A stretch of DNA of 63,412 nt, filler included, from Octopus bimaculoides (taxonomy: Eukaryota): NCBI RefSeq assembly GCF_001194135.2. It is 5 parts of 4 records of this genome, joined end to end, with 100 filler letters (N's around TTAATTAATTAA, not from the genome) between each part and the next. Parts side by side here need not be neighbours in the genome. Positions count along the whole stretch, not along the records: positions 1 to 29,279 come from NC_068981.1; 4 more parts are not named here. The stretch is one strand, 5' to 3'. The notes below the pieces were generated by a model. It was given only the letters and a program-made list of their open reading frames with translations. It searched no databases and was not told the origin of the DNA. Shown here in pieces: positions 1-13,870 of the stretch (its first letter is position 1; each line of letters begins with the position of its first letter). The position numbers and the translations under genes are program-made.

Positions 1-22
1 TGTGTGTGTGTGTGTGTGTGTG

Positions 23-960
23 TACTGCGTTGGTTTGCTGAGAGGTTCATAAGCTGAACAAGAGACTTTCATAGAATGCGACCAGTAGAGCTTTATTTTT
101 CAATATCGACCCCATTTGTGGTTGACACACTTCTTCCATCGGTGTTGTTGAAGGAGCTTTAATCCTGCTGGTAAAATAATATACTGAACAGCGGATATGA
201 CGTCGTTATCACTGCGATATTCGGTACCAACTGTTTTTTTTTTCAAGTTGTAAACAGATAAAAGTCAGGGGAAAAGAAATCAGAAGGATACGGAAACCGA
301 TCAACCAGTTTAAACCCAGAGTTACGCGCAGCAACTAAAGACTCGAATAATTGATTTATGTCCTGCAGAAACAAGACCCCTCTTTCAGCTTGTGCTGGCA
401 TTTAGTTTTGATAACCTGTTGTAACCTCGGCGATTGACATAGTCATCTCCACTTCGAGCTTGGCCTTCTTTAGAGCAGGTGAGGAGAGATGTTTCCACTA
501 CAGGGATTGTCTCTATGCCATTGGTTCAAAGTGATGAAGCAGACACTCATCCTGGGTTACGAAAAGTTCTACAAAACCAGCTGGATCTGTCTGAAACAAT
601 GTCACATTTTCCTGTGATGTGGTCAGCCTGGTGGTCTGTTGATCAGGTGTCAGAAGACGTGGAACCCAACGAGCAGCAGCCTTCGTCATGCCAATCCATT
701 GTGTATAATATTCTGAACTCTCTCAGTTGCTAGTAGCATTCGATATTTGATTTATACTGAATCGTCACGTCGTCTATCAACATTTGGTAAAATCGATCAA
801 TGTTTTTCTCTTGGGAGTAGTTGCAGGACGTCCAAACCTTAGGCCATCTTCAAAACTCTCCCTCCCTCTTCTAAATTCAGCTGCACTTTATCATGGCAGA
901 TACATCTGAAGCCTCAACCTCTAATGTAGTCGCCACGTGTTTTGGAGCCTGAATCATTGC
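23..960 (-). mobile_element. Decayed mariner-family DNA transposon (transposase pseudogene)
   Basis: Minus-strand translation of ~480-740 reads ISSERVQNIIHN..AARWVPRLLTPDQ..FVTQDECLLHHFEP..WKH..SP, i.e. the mariner WVPR motif and first catalytic Asp region, broken by stops. Confidence 0.8.
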
Positions 961-1812
961 TTGAATTCAAGGTACTATATTTAAATCTACTAAATTATTG
1001 TCTTTCCACAGCATGACACTATCACTGGTGCATATTCAAATGCTGTGTTTTTTAAAGTATATTTATCTCTTAGTAGATTGGCACTACCTATATCAGAACA
1101 ATAAAGTTTCAAAATATATGTGCACGTGTCGTGTGTGTATGTGTATGGACTGATTTGCGAAATGTTTTTCAATGAAACCGTGTTTCTTTCCAACAGTTAG
1201 TCACTTAACTTTCTATCAATGTGCAAAATTATTATAAATTTACAAAGTTTTACGAACAGTTGTCTTCATCATAAGTATCTATATAAATTCTGAACACGGT
1301 TGACTGAATAGCTTATTTACACATTCTTGAAAATATTTCGTATTCAAACGTTTTTCTTCGTCCAATATATTTATCTCCTTGTGTGATTAAATTTCTTATA
1401 GATGACGCGGAATGAAGTATAAAATAACTTAGTCTGCATTCGTGATTATCTTTGGAATATATTTCTTCAATTTTCCATTTTAATTCATGATTGTAATGCT
1501 AAATTGGCTAATATAATTTGTTAATTAATATTACATTAATTTTAATTCTGTAATCGCCAATATTCAATAAAAACATTTTAATATCGTCGTCAATTCACCA
1601 ATGCACGTCTCCGTCTTTTAATAACTTTTAGTAATTCAGAAAGATAAAATCAAAATAATCATAAAATAACATTGGTACAATGCTAGAAATAAGAGTGACT
1701 TTGTAGAATAGTGGCAATATTGCTGAGTTCAGAGAGACACAGATATACTTTCAGAGTTTTTTATGAATCTTAGATACGTAAAACATGATATATATAGTGA
1801 GAGCATGACTTT

Positions 1813-2188
1813 TGTTTGTTGGCACACCCTCGCTTACGACGTCGAGGGTTCCAGTTGATCAGATCAATGGAACAGCCGGCTAGTGAAATTAACGTGCAAG
1901 TGACTGAGCACTCCACAGACACGTGTACCCTTAACGTAGTTCTCGGAGATATTCAACGTGATACAGAGTGACAAGACTGACCCTTTGAATTACAGGCACA
2001 ACAGAAAGAGTGAGAGAAAGTTGTGGTGAAAGAGTACAGCAGGGTTCGCCACCATCCCCTGCCGGAGCCTCGTGGAGCTTTTAGGTGTTTTCGATCAATA
2101 AACACTCACAACACCCGGCCTGGGAATCGAAACCGCGATCATATGACCGCGAGTCCGCTGCCCTAACCACTGGGCCATTGCGCCTCCA
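1813..2188 (-). mobile_element. tRNA-derived SINE, family B
   Basis: Reverse complement of the copy at 46478-46850; tRNA-like head GGAGGCGCAATGGCCCAGTGGTTAGGGCAGCGGACTCGCGG...GGTTTCGATTCCCAG with A/B-box-like sequence; (AAC)n-like tail. Confidence 0.9.
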
Positions 2189-4039
2189 CTGAGAGCCTGA
2201 ACACAGGACATAAATTAATATGAAAATAATCGGTAAAAAACATTTTACTTTGGGAACCTACGGATCATTACATTTCTACTTATTCATTTAATTAAAAAGA
2301 TTCCACACGTATGGTACTAATAGAGCCGATGCTTCTCTTCAGCAACTACAAATCGTAAGGTGAAGGGCAAAACTTCAGCAAGAAGGGATATATAGATAGA
2401 ATATTCTTGAGAGTGAAACTGGACAAAGTTTTTGGATGATGTTTGGGTGTGGACAATATAATGTATACAGTGAAAAAAGGAAGAGCGACTTTCCTTGAAT
2501 CTAGCCTGCTCCACTAAAAATAAGGGGTTAACCACTATACGAATCCTTTGGAGAGAAACTGAATAAAAATAGCATAAATGAGTTTATGTCTTGCTAGCAA
2601 ATAGTCTCAATGTAACTTAGGGTTTTATCCTTTTTCCGTCTGACGGAGTTACTTTCTTGAGTGCATCTGGGAAACTTAAAACTTCTTAACTCCTGGATTT
2701 ATATTCCAAATCAATATTTCAGCCGTATGTTGTGTTGCATGTAGAAAAGACAAAGTAAACTGCAGCTGACTCTGATTATACTCAGAGTTAAAATACTCCG
2801 AATTTTAGCAATCATTCTCGGGTTCTGTAAATTACATACGAGACACAGTGAATTTGAATTGATCGATTATCTATTCCAGCATTTTTGGCGCTGCGCCAAT
2901 GCTACATCAGAATCTAACTGGAGGTTTGCACTTAAACAAGGATATAAATTTGTTTGATATATGTTCAGGTAACAGTTATGGATATATGATATTTCTAAAA
3001 GTAAAAGCAATCCTTATATTTTGACAACATCAAAGAAATTTTAGCAGAGAAGAGGGCAAAGGAAAATTTACGTTCATGACATTTTTCAATAGCATGTAAA
3101 CCAGAATTTATATTATCCATATCGATTTGTGTAATTCATTGGCTATTCGCCAGTGGCACCGTGGTGTGTATGTACATGCATGCATAGATACATACATACA
3201 TACGTATGTATATATGTTTANNNNNNNNNNNNNNNNNNNNNNNNNNNNNNNNNNNNNNNNNNNNNNNNNNNNNNNNNNNNNNNNNNNNNNNNNNNNNNNN
3301 NNNNNNNNNNNNNNNNNNNNNNNNNNNNNNNNNNNNNNNNNNNNNNNNNNNNNNNNNNNNNNNNNNNNNNNNNNNNNNNNNNNNNNNNNNNNNNNNNNNN
3401 NNNNNNNNNNNNNNNNNNNNNNNNNNNNNNNNNNNNNNNNNNNNNNNNNNNNNNNNNNNNNNNNNNNNNNNNNNNNNNNNNNNNNNNNNNNNNNNNNNNN
3501 NNNNNNNNNNNNNNNNNNNNNNNNNNNNNNNNNNNNNNNNNNNNNNNNNNNNNNNNNNNNNNNNNNNNNNNNNNNNNNNNNNNNNNNNNNNNNNNNNNNN
3601 NNNNNNNNNNNNNNNNNNNNNNNNNNNNNNNNNNNNNNNNNNNNNNNNNNNNNNNNNNNNNNNNNNNNNNNNNNNNNNNNNNNNNNNNNNNNNNNNNNNN
3701 NNNNNNNNNNNNNNNNNNNNNNNNNNNNNNNNNNNNNNNNNNNNNNNNNNNNNNNNNNNNNNNNNNNNNNNNNNNNNNNNNNNNNNNNNNNNNNNNNNNN
3801 NNNNNNNNNNNNNNNNNNNNNNNNNNNNNNNNNNNNNNNNNNNNNNNNNNNNNNNNNNNNNNNNNNNNNNNNNNNNNNNNNNNNNNNNNNNNNNNNNNNN
3901 NNNNNNNNNNNNNNNNNNNNNNNNNNNNNNNNNNNNNNNNNNNNNNNNNNNNNNNNNNNNNNNNNNNNNNNNNNNNNNNNNNNNNNNNNNNNNNNNNNNN
4001 NNNNNNNNNNNNNNCTGTGCGTGCGTGCCGTATATATGT

Positions 4040-4985
4040 ACAGTTTTTAGACCATTTCAAAAGTCATTATGAGAAACTTTCAGAAAGGTGACAACTAAAT
4101 TTTTGTTGCTTATTAGTATATTATTAAAGTTTGTTTTTTATGACATTCATGATTTTTGCTAACGTTATGTTTTTATGTTTCAGGCGGCAAATAATGTTTC
4201 TCTTATGTCTCAGACAATAGCTACTCCACATGAAAGGGCACTTTGTGTCTTGTTTTAACGAAACAAAGTCGGTTTTTCAATCCCGAAGAAATCACACAAC
4301 TAAGTATGAAAAATACTCTGCAGTAAGTCAGTCGGTTCTCAAAGGGCCTAAGCGATTTACGGAAACGAAGATGCTTTTATATAAAACGAGGCCTGGAACG
4401 GCAAGGAAATTCGAAGAAAATATTGACCGTGTCTGTCAGTCATTTGAACGAGTCCTATGTCCATCTGTACTATTTCAACTCAACAATAACTACCAGCATC
4501 AACGATTCAGAAAGTGCATTATAAGAAGCTGAGGCTTTATGCATATACAATTCAATTATTGCAAGCTATTAACGTAAATGGGAAACAACTACGAAAAGAA
4601 TTTGCTTTTACAATCTTATAAAAAATCAAATAAGATGACTTCCATAATCACATTTACTTTATGGATGAGGTATACTTTCTTGTACCTGGAAAACTTATGA
4701 AGCATAGTGTATGAATTTGGGAATCTGAAAATCTCCACATTACTAGGGAAAATCGAACATGACAGAAGATCAATTTGTAACGCGGGATTTTGTGCACCAA
4801 ATTTATTAGTCAAATATTCTTCTGTAAAAGACAATAATAGTTGACACCTTCAGGTCCTAACAGAATACCTTGTGACACAATTAGAAGAATTCCACCCAAA
4901 TGTCATATTTCGGGAAGATGGAGTACCGCATTATTGGGGAATAATCGGACACAGAATTTTAAATGAAAGATTTCCCGATCGCTGG
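4040..4985 (+). mobile_element. Decayed Tc1/mariner-superfamily transposase fragment
   Basis: ORF 4872-5060 begins LEEFHPNVIFREDGVPHYWG..RILNERFPDRW, matching the FQQDGAPPH...LNE.FP.RW segment of Tc1/mariner transposases; upstream frames are disrupted. Confidence 0.65.
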
Positions 4986-5029
4986 AAGAAAGAGGTGGGC
5001 GATTCCTTGCCTCTCCCTTGCACTGACGC

Positions 5030-7560
5030 TGTTCCTAACAACAGACCTGCGTTCGCTTAGAAACGGTCTGAACCGATCTGCGCCAAAACCAAGTCCCTTC
5101 TGATAAATTTCCATAGCACTCACTATATCTCGGTGTGTAAGAGGAAACAAGATGTCATCAGTCTTTGCTTCTGCTTTCCACTTCACTTCCTGGCTGTTTT
5201 CACATCTGGTGGATTGCGACTGATTTCCATCCCTTTCGAATCCCAGCATGATCACCATTCGTACTTTCCTCGGTGTATAAATTTCGACTACTGATGCCAG
5301 AGATAACTGCAAACGAGCCTCTATTACGATAAAGAGCTGAACTGTTCAATATCCGGGGTAGGTTTAGTCACTTTATGAACATTACAGTTTTTTTAATGAT
5401 TTGAACGCGGAACAATGCTGCCACAAAAGTCGCGATACAAGCCGAACTGTAAGCATCAAATTTCATATTTACATGGTGACTTTGAGTTATCAATAGCTGA
5501 TAATCCAACATCGGCTTGTTTCGTAATTTCCGTTCCGCGACTCCTATCTGAAAATGCTCCAGTATACACTCGCCCCCAAGCTCTTGACGAGTTATGTGAC
5601 TGTTGGAATGCTTTCTTCGGCTATTCGAAACTTAACTTCTTTCTGCAATCCCTTAGCAAATGTCAGACTGCGCGACGTTTTCGCTCTAAACCGCATCGTT
5701 GGTTTGCCTATCTGTTGATAGACGTATCACTTCATCCATGAAGGCTTTCTTAGGCGATTGCACATGTACAACTTGTTCTGAAAAATCCACGTTTTTCAAA
5801 ATCATCTCCATGACTAAGGAAAAACCACGTGACAGATATTGTGCAGCCAGCAGCAATGCCAATCTCCCCATCGGTACCACTCTCTTTTAAAATCTCCAAC
5901 TGTAATCCTCATCTCAAAACTATCATAATATATCCTCACTAATTTGGTCACTTTGTCTGGAATGTCGAAGAGGTCCATGTTTCTCATGAGTAATTCGTAT
6001 GGCACTGAGCCATATCCATTAGCTAGGTCAAGCCATACAACGTTGAAATTTCTCTTGTTCCCGCTTGGCATCCTGGATCTCTTTCTAAATCGATAAATAG
6101 TGTTCAACGCATCCAAGGATCCCATGGATTCCAGCCTTTCAAACAGATTCCTCAACATATCCGTAAATATGTCACTGTCCCCCTTGAGAGAATTCCCATA
6201 AAGATCTTGCCTTCCATATTCAATGAGGATATCGTCCTAAACTATACTATAATCTCTGCATTGTCCTCCTTCGGCAGGTACATACCTTCTGTCTTACACC
6301 AATCCTCTACTAGAATCTCTTCCCACCACAGCTATCGGAGTAGGACAAAGTGCCTCTTTCGCAGACGATTGCAGTATTTGTATACTTTATTCGAAAGGCC
6401 ATCACCTCCTGCAGCACACTTTCCTCTAGGTTTTCTCACGAAATCATTCACCTATTTCTCCCTGATGTCCCCAATTTGAAATTCAACATCAAGTTCTAAG
6501 AGATGCTTTAACTCATTTAGAGATGGAAGTGGATGGTTACGGTGCGGATCGCTGTAGGTCTCTTTGAGCGTGCAATGTTTCTTTCGTGCATGATAAAGTG
6601 CCACTCTTCGGTTCAGTGAACGGTTCTTAGTAACCCGTACGGGTCCTTCAGAAACAGCCTCCGAGTACTTTTATATTTGTTTCGTCGCTCATATCAGCGG
6701 ATATGTCGTTGCACACAACGGCATTTCCTTTTCAAATCGTCGTATAGCAGTGTGAGGCCAGGTTCTTCATATTCCGTGGCACATTTTCATCGCTTTCTTA
6801 GGCTGGTCTTTGTCTTATTCAACTGTTTCATTTTCCTGATCCCGCTGTTTAGTCCACACTCCTTTCGATAATCGGATACTATCTTTCGTTCCAAATAATT
6901 CCTTTCCTGTATCGTAAATTGAGCTTGTTAACTTTCCCAGTTTCTCCACTATAGATCCTGCCATTCTATAAAGAGCTCGACATACCTTGTTTTCAAACTC
7001 TTTATATTTACCTTTCTCATTAGCATCAGGCTACATAACCCTCGGTTTCCTCAGAGTAATATCTGATGCATCAGTTTCATTACTTGCAGTTTCTTGTCGA
7101 GAAGTGGGCTTTACTGTAGCATTTATCGATCCGCTGTGGTTTGAGCCCGGGGATGATTTTCCACGTGTTTTATGATCAGATGATCCACATTTCTCTGTCC
7201 TCTTCTTACAAGCTTTGTCCTGATGTATCTTCAAGCCTCTCTCGGTTGTTGAGGTCCTACAGCACAAGTTGCTTCCAAAGTTGTTTGCACTTCGTTCGCT
7301 GTTAAATGAATAGTCGTAATCATGTCCAAGGTAATCTCTGTGTTAACTGGATTTGATTGATTCTCAACTACCCCGTGTCAGTCAATCATGGGGCTGTCAT
7401 TCTCATAGCTCTCTGTTACAACATCTTACAAAGGTGAGGAATTTAAGTCCGCAGCCTCTGCCAGGTTTTCCTGGTATCGATAGTTTTATCCATTGTCCGC
7501 TTGTGTTTTCGAGCAGTTCTCTTGTCTTTCCAAGATGCCTAACCGTCTTTCCGGTCGGTC
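5030..7560 (-). mobile_element. HERO-like (REL-endonuclease) non-LTR retrotransposon, decayed and internally deleted (unit A)
   Basis: N-terminal zinc-finger-like CCRTSTTERGLKIHQDKAC (7031-7267); RT segment VVWLDLANGYGSVPYELL (5814-6158); post-RT DIVSAMEIYQKGLGFG (4959-5312). Motif order matches HERO-clade ORFs. Confidence 0.8.
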
Positions 7561-8075
7561 AGTGATTACTTACCCCAAGGTCTTAGATGTTTTGCAAACA
7601 ACTTGTACATGCAAGTGATACCAGCCCAGAGCGCCACATACCGGAAGCCAGCAAATGCATGGGGTCATCAGGAGAGAATGCGTGCCGTTTCAGGGCCTAC
7701 TTTACGACGGCATCAATGCGTCCAGCCTCTCTCTCACTGATTTGAATCCCCGCTTGCTAGATGAATCGGTTATCAAACAGAGCTCCATATTCCTCTAGCC
7801 ATCACTCATCGTCTCTTTTTAACCAAATCCATTAGATAGCCTTTTCCACAGTAGTTTGGATATCGGTCATGGTGGTATTTACTTTACGATGAGTTAGGCC
7901 TAACGATAATAACCGTCGTCTCACACTGTGTCCAACAAACCCTCCATACCCGAATTCGATTGGAAAATGCTTCGCTTTCCAGTCTGCGTCTTCACATTGC
8001 ACGAGGAGGTTTACACAGTGGTCAATCAAAATATCGCCTGCAATATGCTTACTCTTCATATATTTCATATCCCTT
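7561..8075 (-). mobile_element. HERO-like retrotransposon C-terminus plus 3' UTR (unit B)
   Basis: ORF 7832-8068 LLVQCEDADWKAKHFPIEFGYGGFVGHSVRRRLLSLGLTHRK resembles the HERO REL C-terminus (W.A..FP.EVG.RGF.G.S). Confidence 0.7.
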
Positions 8076-8149
8076 TGCTACATAAATGCAGTATATAGAA
8101 CATATAGACATAGAATTTCTATTACTTTAACCTAAGGGCAACGTTGACA

Positions 8150-8560
8150 TATCAGATACATGAAGAAAGAAGACGAAACTGTTTTCTAAGGATACATCAG
8201 GTATTTAGGATAACGTTATCCAATATAATTTCTTACAAGAGAAAGGGATTTGTTTATCAAGGGAATTGCTTTTATAATGCGCCAAATAGACTAGATGCGT
8301 TTTATCACTGTTTTTCGTGTTTAAACGTAATGACCGAGATTTACTTCGAAAAAATATCGATATAATTTTGAATGTTTAAATGTGCTTTTCCCAGAGTGAA
8401 CAGACACTTTAAGAGGTATGTGTAACACACAAGGCTAAGATGGTGGAAATTATCACGTATGGATGTTCAAGGACTAAATAACTTCTTGGAAATGGTTTTT
8501 AAGTGTAAAATAGTTTCTAGACTTGGAAATGTTATCCTCCAATTTCAAGAACATGATATG
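8150..8560 (+). mobile_element. Possible very old CR1/L2-type LINE RT fragment
   Basis: Only weak, stop-riddled similarity to the RT segment around D..KAFD.V. Confidence 0.3.
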
Positions 8561-9312
8561 AGATCAGGTATATGGATAGATTTACTGTATTAAATGGATA
8601 ATTATAATCTGGTTAAATAATTGCTTTACATTTTTATATCTTTTTGTATATTTATTTTGTTATTTTATTCTATTAGAGTCTATGTAAGTGGTGTGTATAT
8701 AGTGTCAACTTGCAGCTATTGCAATCGAAAATTAATAGCTATTACATTTGTATATGCATGCACAAGTGCTTGAGGATAGGAATCCATGTGAGATAATTTG
8801 AACTTATTTACACCTTAACATTAAATAAATAAAACTTTAAAGTTAGTTTGACGTCAAAAATAACATGTGAAGATATGAAAGTAAAAATAATGAGGATCAT
8901 TTGATACACATACTCAGTGCATAGAAAATATTGTCACAGTCACACATAAACATACTGAAGGAAAACACATGCAGTTGTATGTGGTTGTATGCAGATGCCT
9001 ATAGATATATGCATACGTATATAAATACACACACATATACACATTTTGTATATACATACATGCATACGGCATACATGCATAAATTCATAAATACATACAG
9101 ATATACATACGGTTTGTTTGTTCCCAAACAACACTTATTTTACTACTGTTGTCATCGCCGGATTGAATGGTACTGCTCAGGTGTCGAGACCATAATGATA
9201 TCCAAGTGGCAGCTCATGATGGGGGTATGTTGGATTGTTGGTTTAGCTGTTTTTGTATATGTGGAATAGCAATAATTTGATTTTTGGTATGGCTGTAACA
9301 CATCCTTTTGAT

Positions 9313-9341
9313 ACATACATACATACACACATACATACATG

Positions 9342-9394
<53 letters not shown>

Positions 9395-9440
9395 GTGTGT
9401 ATATGTATGTATGTATGCATGTATGTATGTATGTATGTAT
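9313..9440. repeat. Compound microsatellite (ATAC)n-(AC)n-(ATGT)n, roughly self-complementary
   Basis: Read directly from the sequence. Confidence 0.9.
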
Positions 9441-10209
9441 CAAAAGAATGTGTTACAGCCATACCAAAAATCCAATTATTGATATTGCATATATATATAT
9501 ATATATTGCTATATTTCGGGAGGGTCATTTTGTCCAAAATGAATACACGCACCATATATAAGTTTTTCAGTTCAGCTTTATTATTTACCTTATTTTTTTG
9601 TCATTTGTCTTAAATCTTTCGTTACACATTCTGAGAACTCTTAGGCAATTTCCCCTCCAACCTGTCTCCTCCAGTTCTGTTTAGTCAATTCTCTCTTTCT
9701 ACGGTGTGTATCCTTATCTTCGCATACATTTGCGCCTGCATCTGTGTAAACGCGCCTGTGTCTGCGTCTCTATGTGTTTTGTAGGCATTAATAGTCACTC
9801 TTCTGATATGGAGGTTGAAAATACTCATATATTTGATTTCCATCCGAAACGATATCATGCCATCTCCAAGCGTGTGGCATTATTTTCTTTTTCACGTGAC
9901 TCTAAGGGCAAAAGTATCAGCATAGCCCTAACTATTCTTAGAACTGGAGTAGTGGAGTTTTTGTAAATTTTTCTCTTGTTATCGATCCTTCTAAATTTTT
10001 CTCTTGTTTCATCTAATGAGTCTTTGGACCATTTACTTAAATTTTTTCAATATGCGCCCTAGAAATAATATTGGGCCAAATTCACTATATGCGAAACTTT
10101 GCTGGCTAGATTTAAATCAATATAGGCACTGGAAACCACACTAGATATAAAATAATGAAGTGCCTAGAATTTATGATGTGATTACACTCGAATATTGGCA
10201 CTAGATATG

Positions 10210-10380
10210 ATACCGTAAATCCTCGAGTATAGTCCGCCCTTGAGTATAATACGCAGGTTTTTTTTTAGGGGGCTGTATCTCTGAAAAACCTAAACCTTGC
10301 GTATAATACACATCCCTTCTCTAACGTGAGTCAAAGAGGTTGATATAACGTCCTTGGTTTGTAAACATATATATGGTAAC
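10210..10380. mobile_element. Possible pogo/Tc2-like DNA transposon end
   Basis: TA followed by CCGTAAATCCTCGAGTATAGTCCGC resembles pogo/Tc2-type TIR starts; no partner TIR found. Confidence 0.3.
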
Positions 10381-11429
10381 GCCCTTTATTATTATTGTAT
10401 ACATAACATAATGCAAACGTGTAGCTTTTTTGTGCACTTTGTTTGCAGGAAATAAAGAAATAACAGTAATAACGTCAGTGAAAAATAAATATAGCTTAAG
10501 GTGTTAGCTAATGGTATTTTCGCGCCCAACATCACAAAATGCGTCTGAATAAACATTGCCGGACAGCAAATAGAGATTCGGACATTGCTCAGAAAATATT
10601 TTTCATTTTTAACCTCGTAAATAGTGCTCACGAGGGAGTTTGACCTTTAAATTTGGGGAAAGAAATGAGGATTATTCTCGAGGATTTAGGGTACTTTATT
10701 TCAGAGAAACCTCTCAATGTTGTGGTCTAAATAACACAGAGCTGCTTCTCAATGTCACTGCCTCTTCTAGTATCAATGTTAATTTAAAATTAGACTGGCC
10801 AACTTTCACAGAAATCAGTGAATGATATTTTTATCAATTACTATATTAGAAAGAATATTTCTCAGCTCAGCTCTGAGTGCCTAGGCACGTTACGTACTGA
10901 GGGAACCGGGTGAGTTTGAACCACTGTGACTGACGATACACCGATGATATTTTGAAAACCTTTCCGTATGATATATCACAGCTAAAGCCGTTAAACATTA
11001 TAGATACACTATAAATAGTATACATACCGTCATTTTAATATAATGTTGTTTGAATGACTTATATTGATTAATTGTAGCCTGGACTGCTTTCGTTCAAATC
11101 AGTGAATGGTTTGTTTACCAATTTCTATATAGGAACGTATATTTTTTTGACTTATTTGAGAATGCCCGGTGGGCATTTTACCAGCAAGCGGCTTATAATT
11201 TACAACTCAGACAACATATTTAACTGAAAAAGCGGGATATTGTATCATTCAGCCCACTGTTTATATGTCAAGAATTGAAAAACATAGCAATAAACTTACA
11301 AACTCTCTGTTATTATTACGTAATTACTTGATTTATAGGTAAATTTAATAATCTTTTCAACCGAAATTATGTGGAAAAAAGTGTTGATTCTTAAATAACA
11401 TTACAAAATATATTTCGAAAACACCATCG

Positions 11430-11950
11430 TAGATTACTTGTCGCCTTCCATAACACACATTTGGTATAACGATTTTATGGCAAGCGAGATTTTCCTGTAA
11501 ATCTCAAACTCCTGTAAAACCTGCCACAGAGTGTCCCACGGCATGCGGTCATATTCTCTACGAGATCCACAAAAAAGCCTCCACTTCTTGGCAATACTCT
11601 CCTCATATCTTGAACAGCTGCATCAAAGTGAATACCTGGCCGGTTCTGCCGCATCCACGACAAAAGTCGCTTCTGCTAAATATGGCTCGACAATGTACCT
11701 TCAATCTTTTCCACCTAATATTACCTTAACCAGAGAGACTTAACAGGGAGATTTTCTTAAAATCAGAGCGCTCTCACTTGTCTCCGATTTTTAAGAATTG
11801 GGATAACCACTCTGGATTACCATTACTTCGGTACTTTCTTGATGTTCCAGGTACCTCACATACATGAGTCGACGAGAGAATAGCTTTTCTATTTTAACAG
11901 ATTAGGCCAGATTCCTTCCGCCCCACCGGCCTTGAAACATTTCAGCGCTT
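11430..11950 (-). mobile_element. Decayed LINE (RTE/L2-type) reverse-transcriptase fragment
   Basis: Frameshift-joined minus translation FVDL..EYDRMPWDTLWQVLQEFEIYRKISLAIKSLY matches the RT motif FVDLEKAYDRVP...LW.VL..YG...L...IKSLY. Confidence 0.65.
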
Positions 11951-12065
11951 TAATCACCGTAATGAATTAAACCTTATAGGGCTAGTCTTTTAGCCTTAGA
12001 TGCGCCTCATGTCCATCACACATTTCAAGATTAAATTTATTAGATCAGCAACAAATATCTCTCTC

Positions 12066-12067
12066 AC

Positions 12068-12127
<60 letters not shown>

Positions 12128-12160
12128 TCAGTCTGTCTGTCTGCCTGTCTGTCTGTCCGT
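12066..12160. repeat. (CTTT)n followed by (CTGT)n microsatellite
   Basis: Read directly from the sequence. Confidence 0.95.
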
Positions 12161-13817
12161 GAAGCAAGTAGAGTAATAAGAGTTTGTACATTAATGATTC
12201 CTTTCCGCGATCAGTGAATGAAGGCACGGTGGTAGGTTTAGTAATGTTAATGTACACTTGTAGTTATTGAAAGTTCATTTTCAGATACATATCATGGAAA
12301 TATGGGAATTAGTAATACATTATCATTCTGGTAATTAACGATTTCACAACATCGTTAATATCGACATGGAATAACAAATATCAGCGACGTAAATGAATGC
12401 TGAGTAAAAAACTTAGGTCTTCAGACTATTGGTATGAAGTCCAAAAATTGTGAGTGTTGTGAGAATATTATTGGATTCGACTTCATGTAAGGGGCAATAC
12501 TTTCAAAATAGTTTCTTGTTTCATGGAACAAATTATTTTAAATTGCCTATAAAAGTCAGGCCCTGGAGAGACGTTCTTTTTTAATTCATGTAGACAATGG
12601 ATATGCTATTCACTCAAAATGATAATTTGAGCTAGCTTGCATTATACATATATTTACAAATGTATCTTATAATAGTCAATAAATAAAACACACAACATTT
12701 AAACCTGACTTTATGTAAAATAACTGAGGACGTCGCAAATGAATTTTAACATACAGGTCAGATGAATTATGCAAAAATAATCATGAAATCTAACGCAGCA
12801 TTGTATCTGTTCAGTGCTGACATCCTAAAACGAATATCTGCAGTTTGTAAAATTTATTTGTAAACGAAGTTTCTAACGTATGCCAAAATAATCTATTTTC
12901 CAACCAGACAAAAAATAAATACCGTGATATCAAACAATAGATTTCATCAGTTTTGCGTCTCATCCTTTCTGTTCTACTACAAAAATTGAAACAAAATAAA
13001 AGTGATATGGTAAAAAAAAAAGAAGAAAAAAGAAAACAGTTAAGCAGTAAACGTGATTTAACTTCCAAAAAAGTTTTGAAATAGGGCTGAATACTCGATT
13101 TGCCAGAGGCATACATTTTGTTCTATAGATCACACATTACTTGAATGTATAAAAACGATTTAATGGCTGTTTAACATCATTATTTTACTATTATTTTAAT
13201 TATTGAAGCTCACGAACATCTCCCTTTGTTCAATAAGTGTGGTTAGAGAATAGAAAGAATACCAAGTATTACAAAAGTTTTAGTTGATAATCAAAGGATA
13301 TATTTGAGTTTCCAGAAACTGCGATAGAAAAACACGGATAAAAATAACGTATTCATTTGAACAAAGGAATGCAATGCTGCGTACATAGGTAAGTGTGAAA
13401 TTATATTGGCCATGTTAAAAGAACAAAAACGGTCGATAGGTCGATATCATGTAAGTTAAAGTAATATTACTTAACTTCTTTATTTCCATAGAAATGATTG
13501 AAAACTAACAAAACTCTATTGATCAAAGTCCATTATAGATATCGTTTAGCCGTCGGCTAAGTGTGCAGAAATCTAATCACTTATAGAGAAGGTACGATAA
13601 ATTCAGTTGACTGAAAATGTGATGGATGTATTCTATGATTGCAACACCCAAAGCATTTTCAATCCAGTTAAATCTATCAGGCCCTCTCTCTGTCTAACTA
13701 ACTACTTCTTTCATTTAACCCACACACACAATGACGCACGCACACAGAGTAACAGAGACACTCATGTATGTGTATAAATATATACCTTTTGCATCTTTAT
13801 GCATGTGTGTAAATGTG

Positions 13818-13870
<53 letters not shown>

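Noticed and set aside
3127-4091. Long ORFs of 120-320 aa here and at 13.7-14.7, 21.3-22.3, 22.7-23.4, 33.5-34.0, 37.3-38.1 and 56.1-57.0 kb
   Set aside because: They consist of N runs plus (TA)n/(TG)n microsatellites, so they are artefacts.
11475-11663. ORF MSWMRQNRPG.. as a host exon
   Set aside because: An adjacent frame reads as LINE RT motifs.
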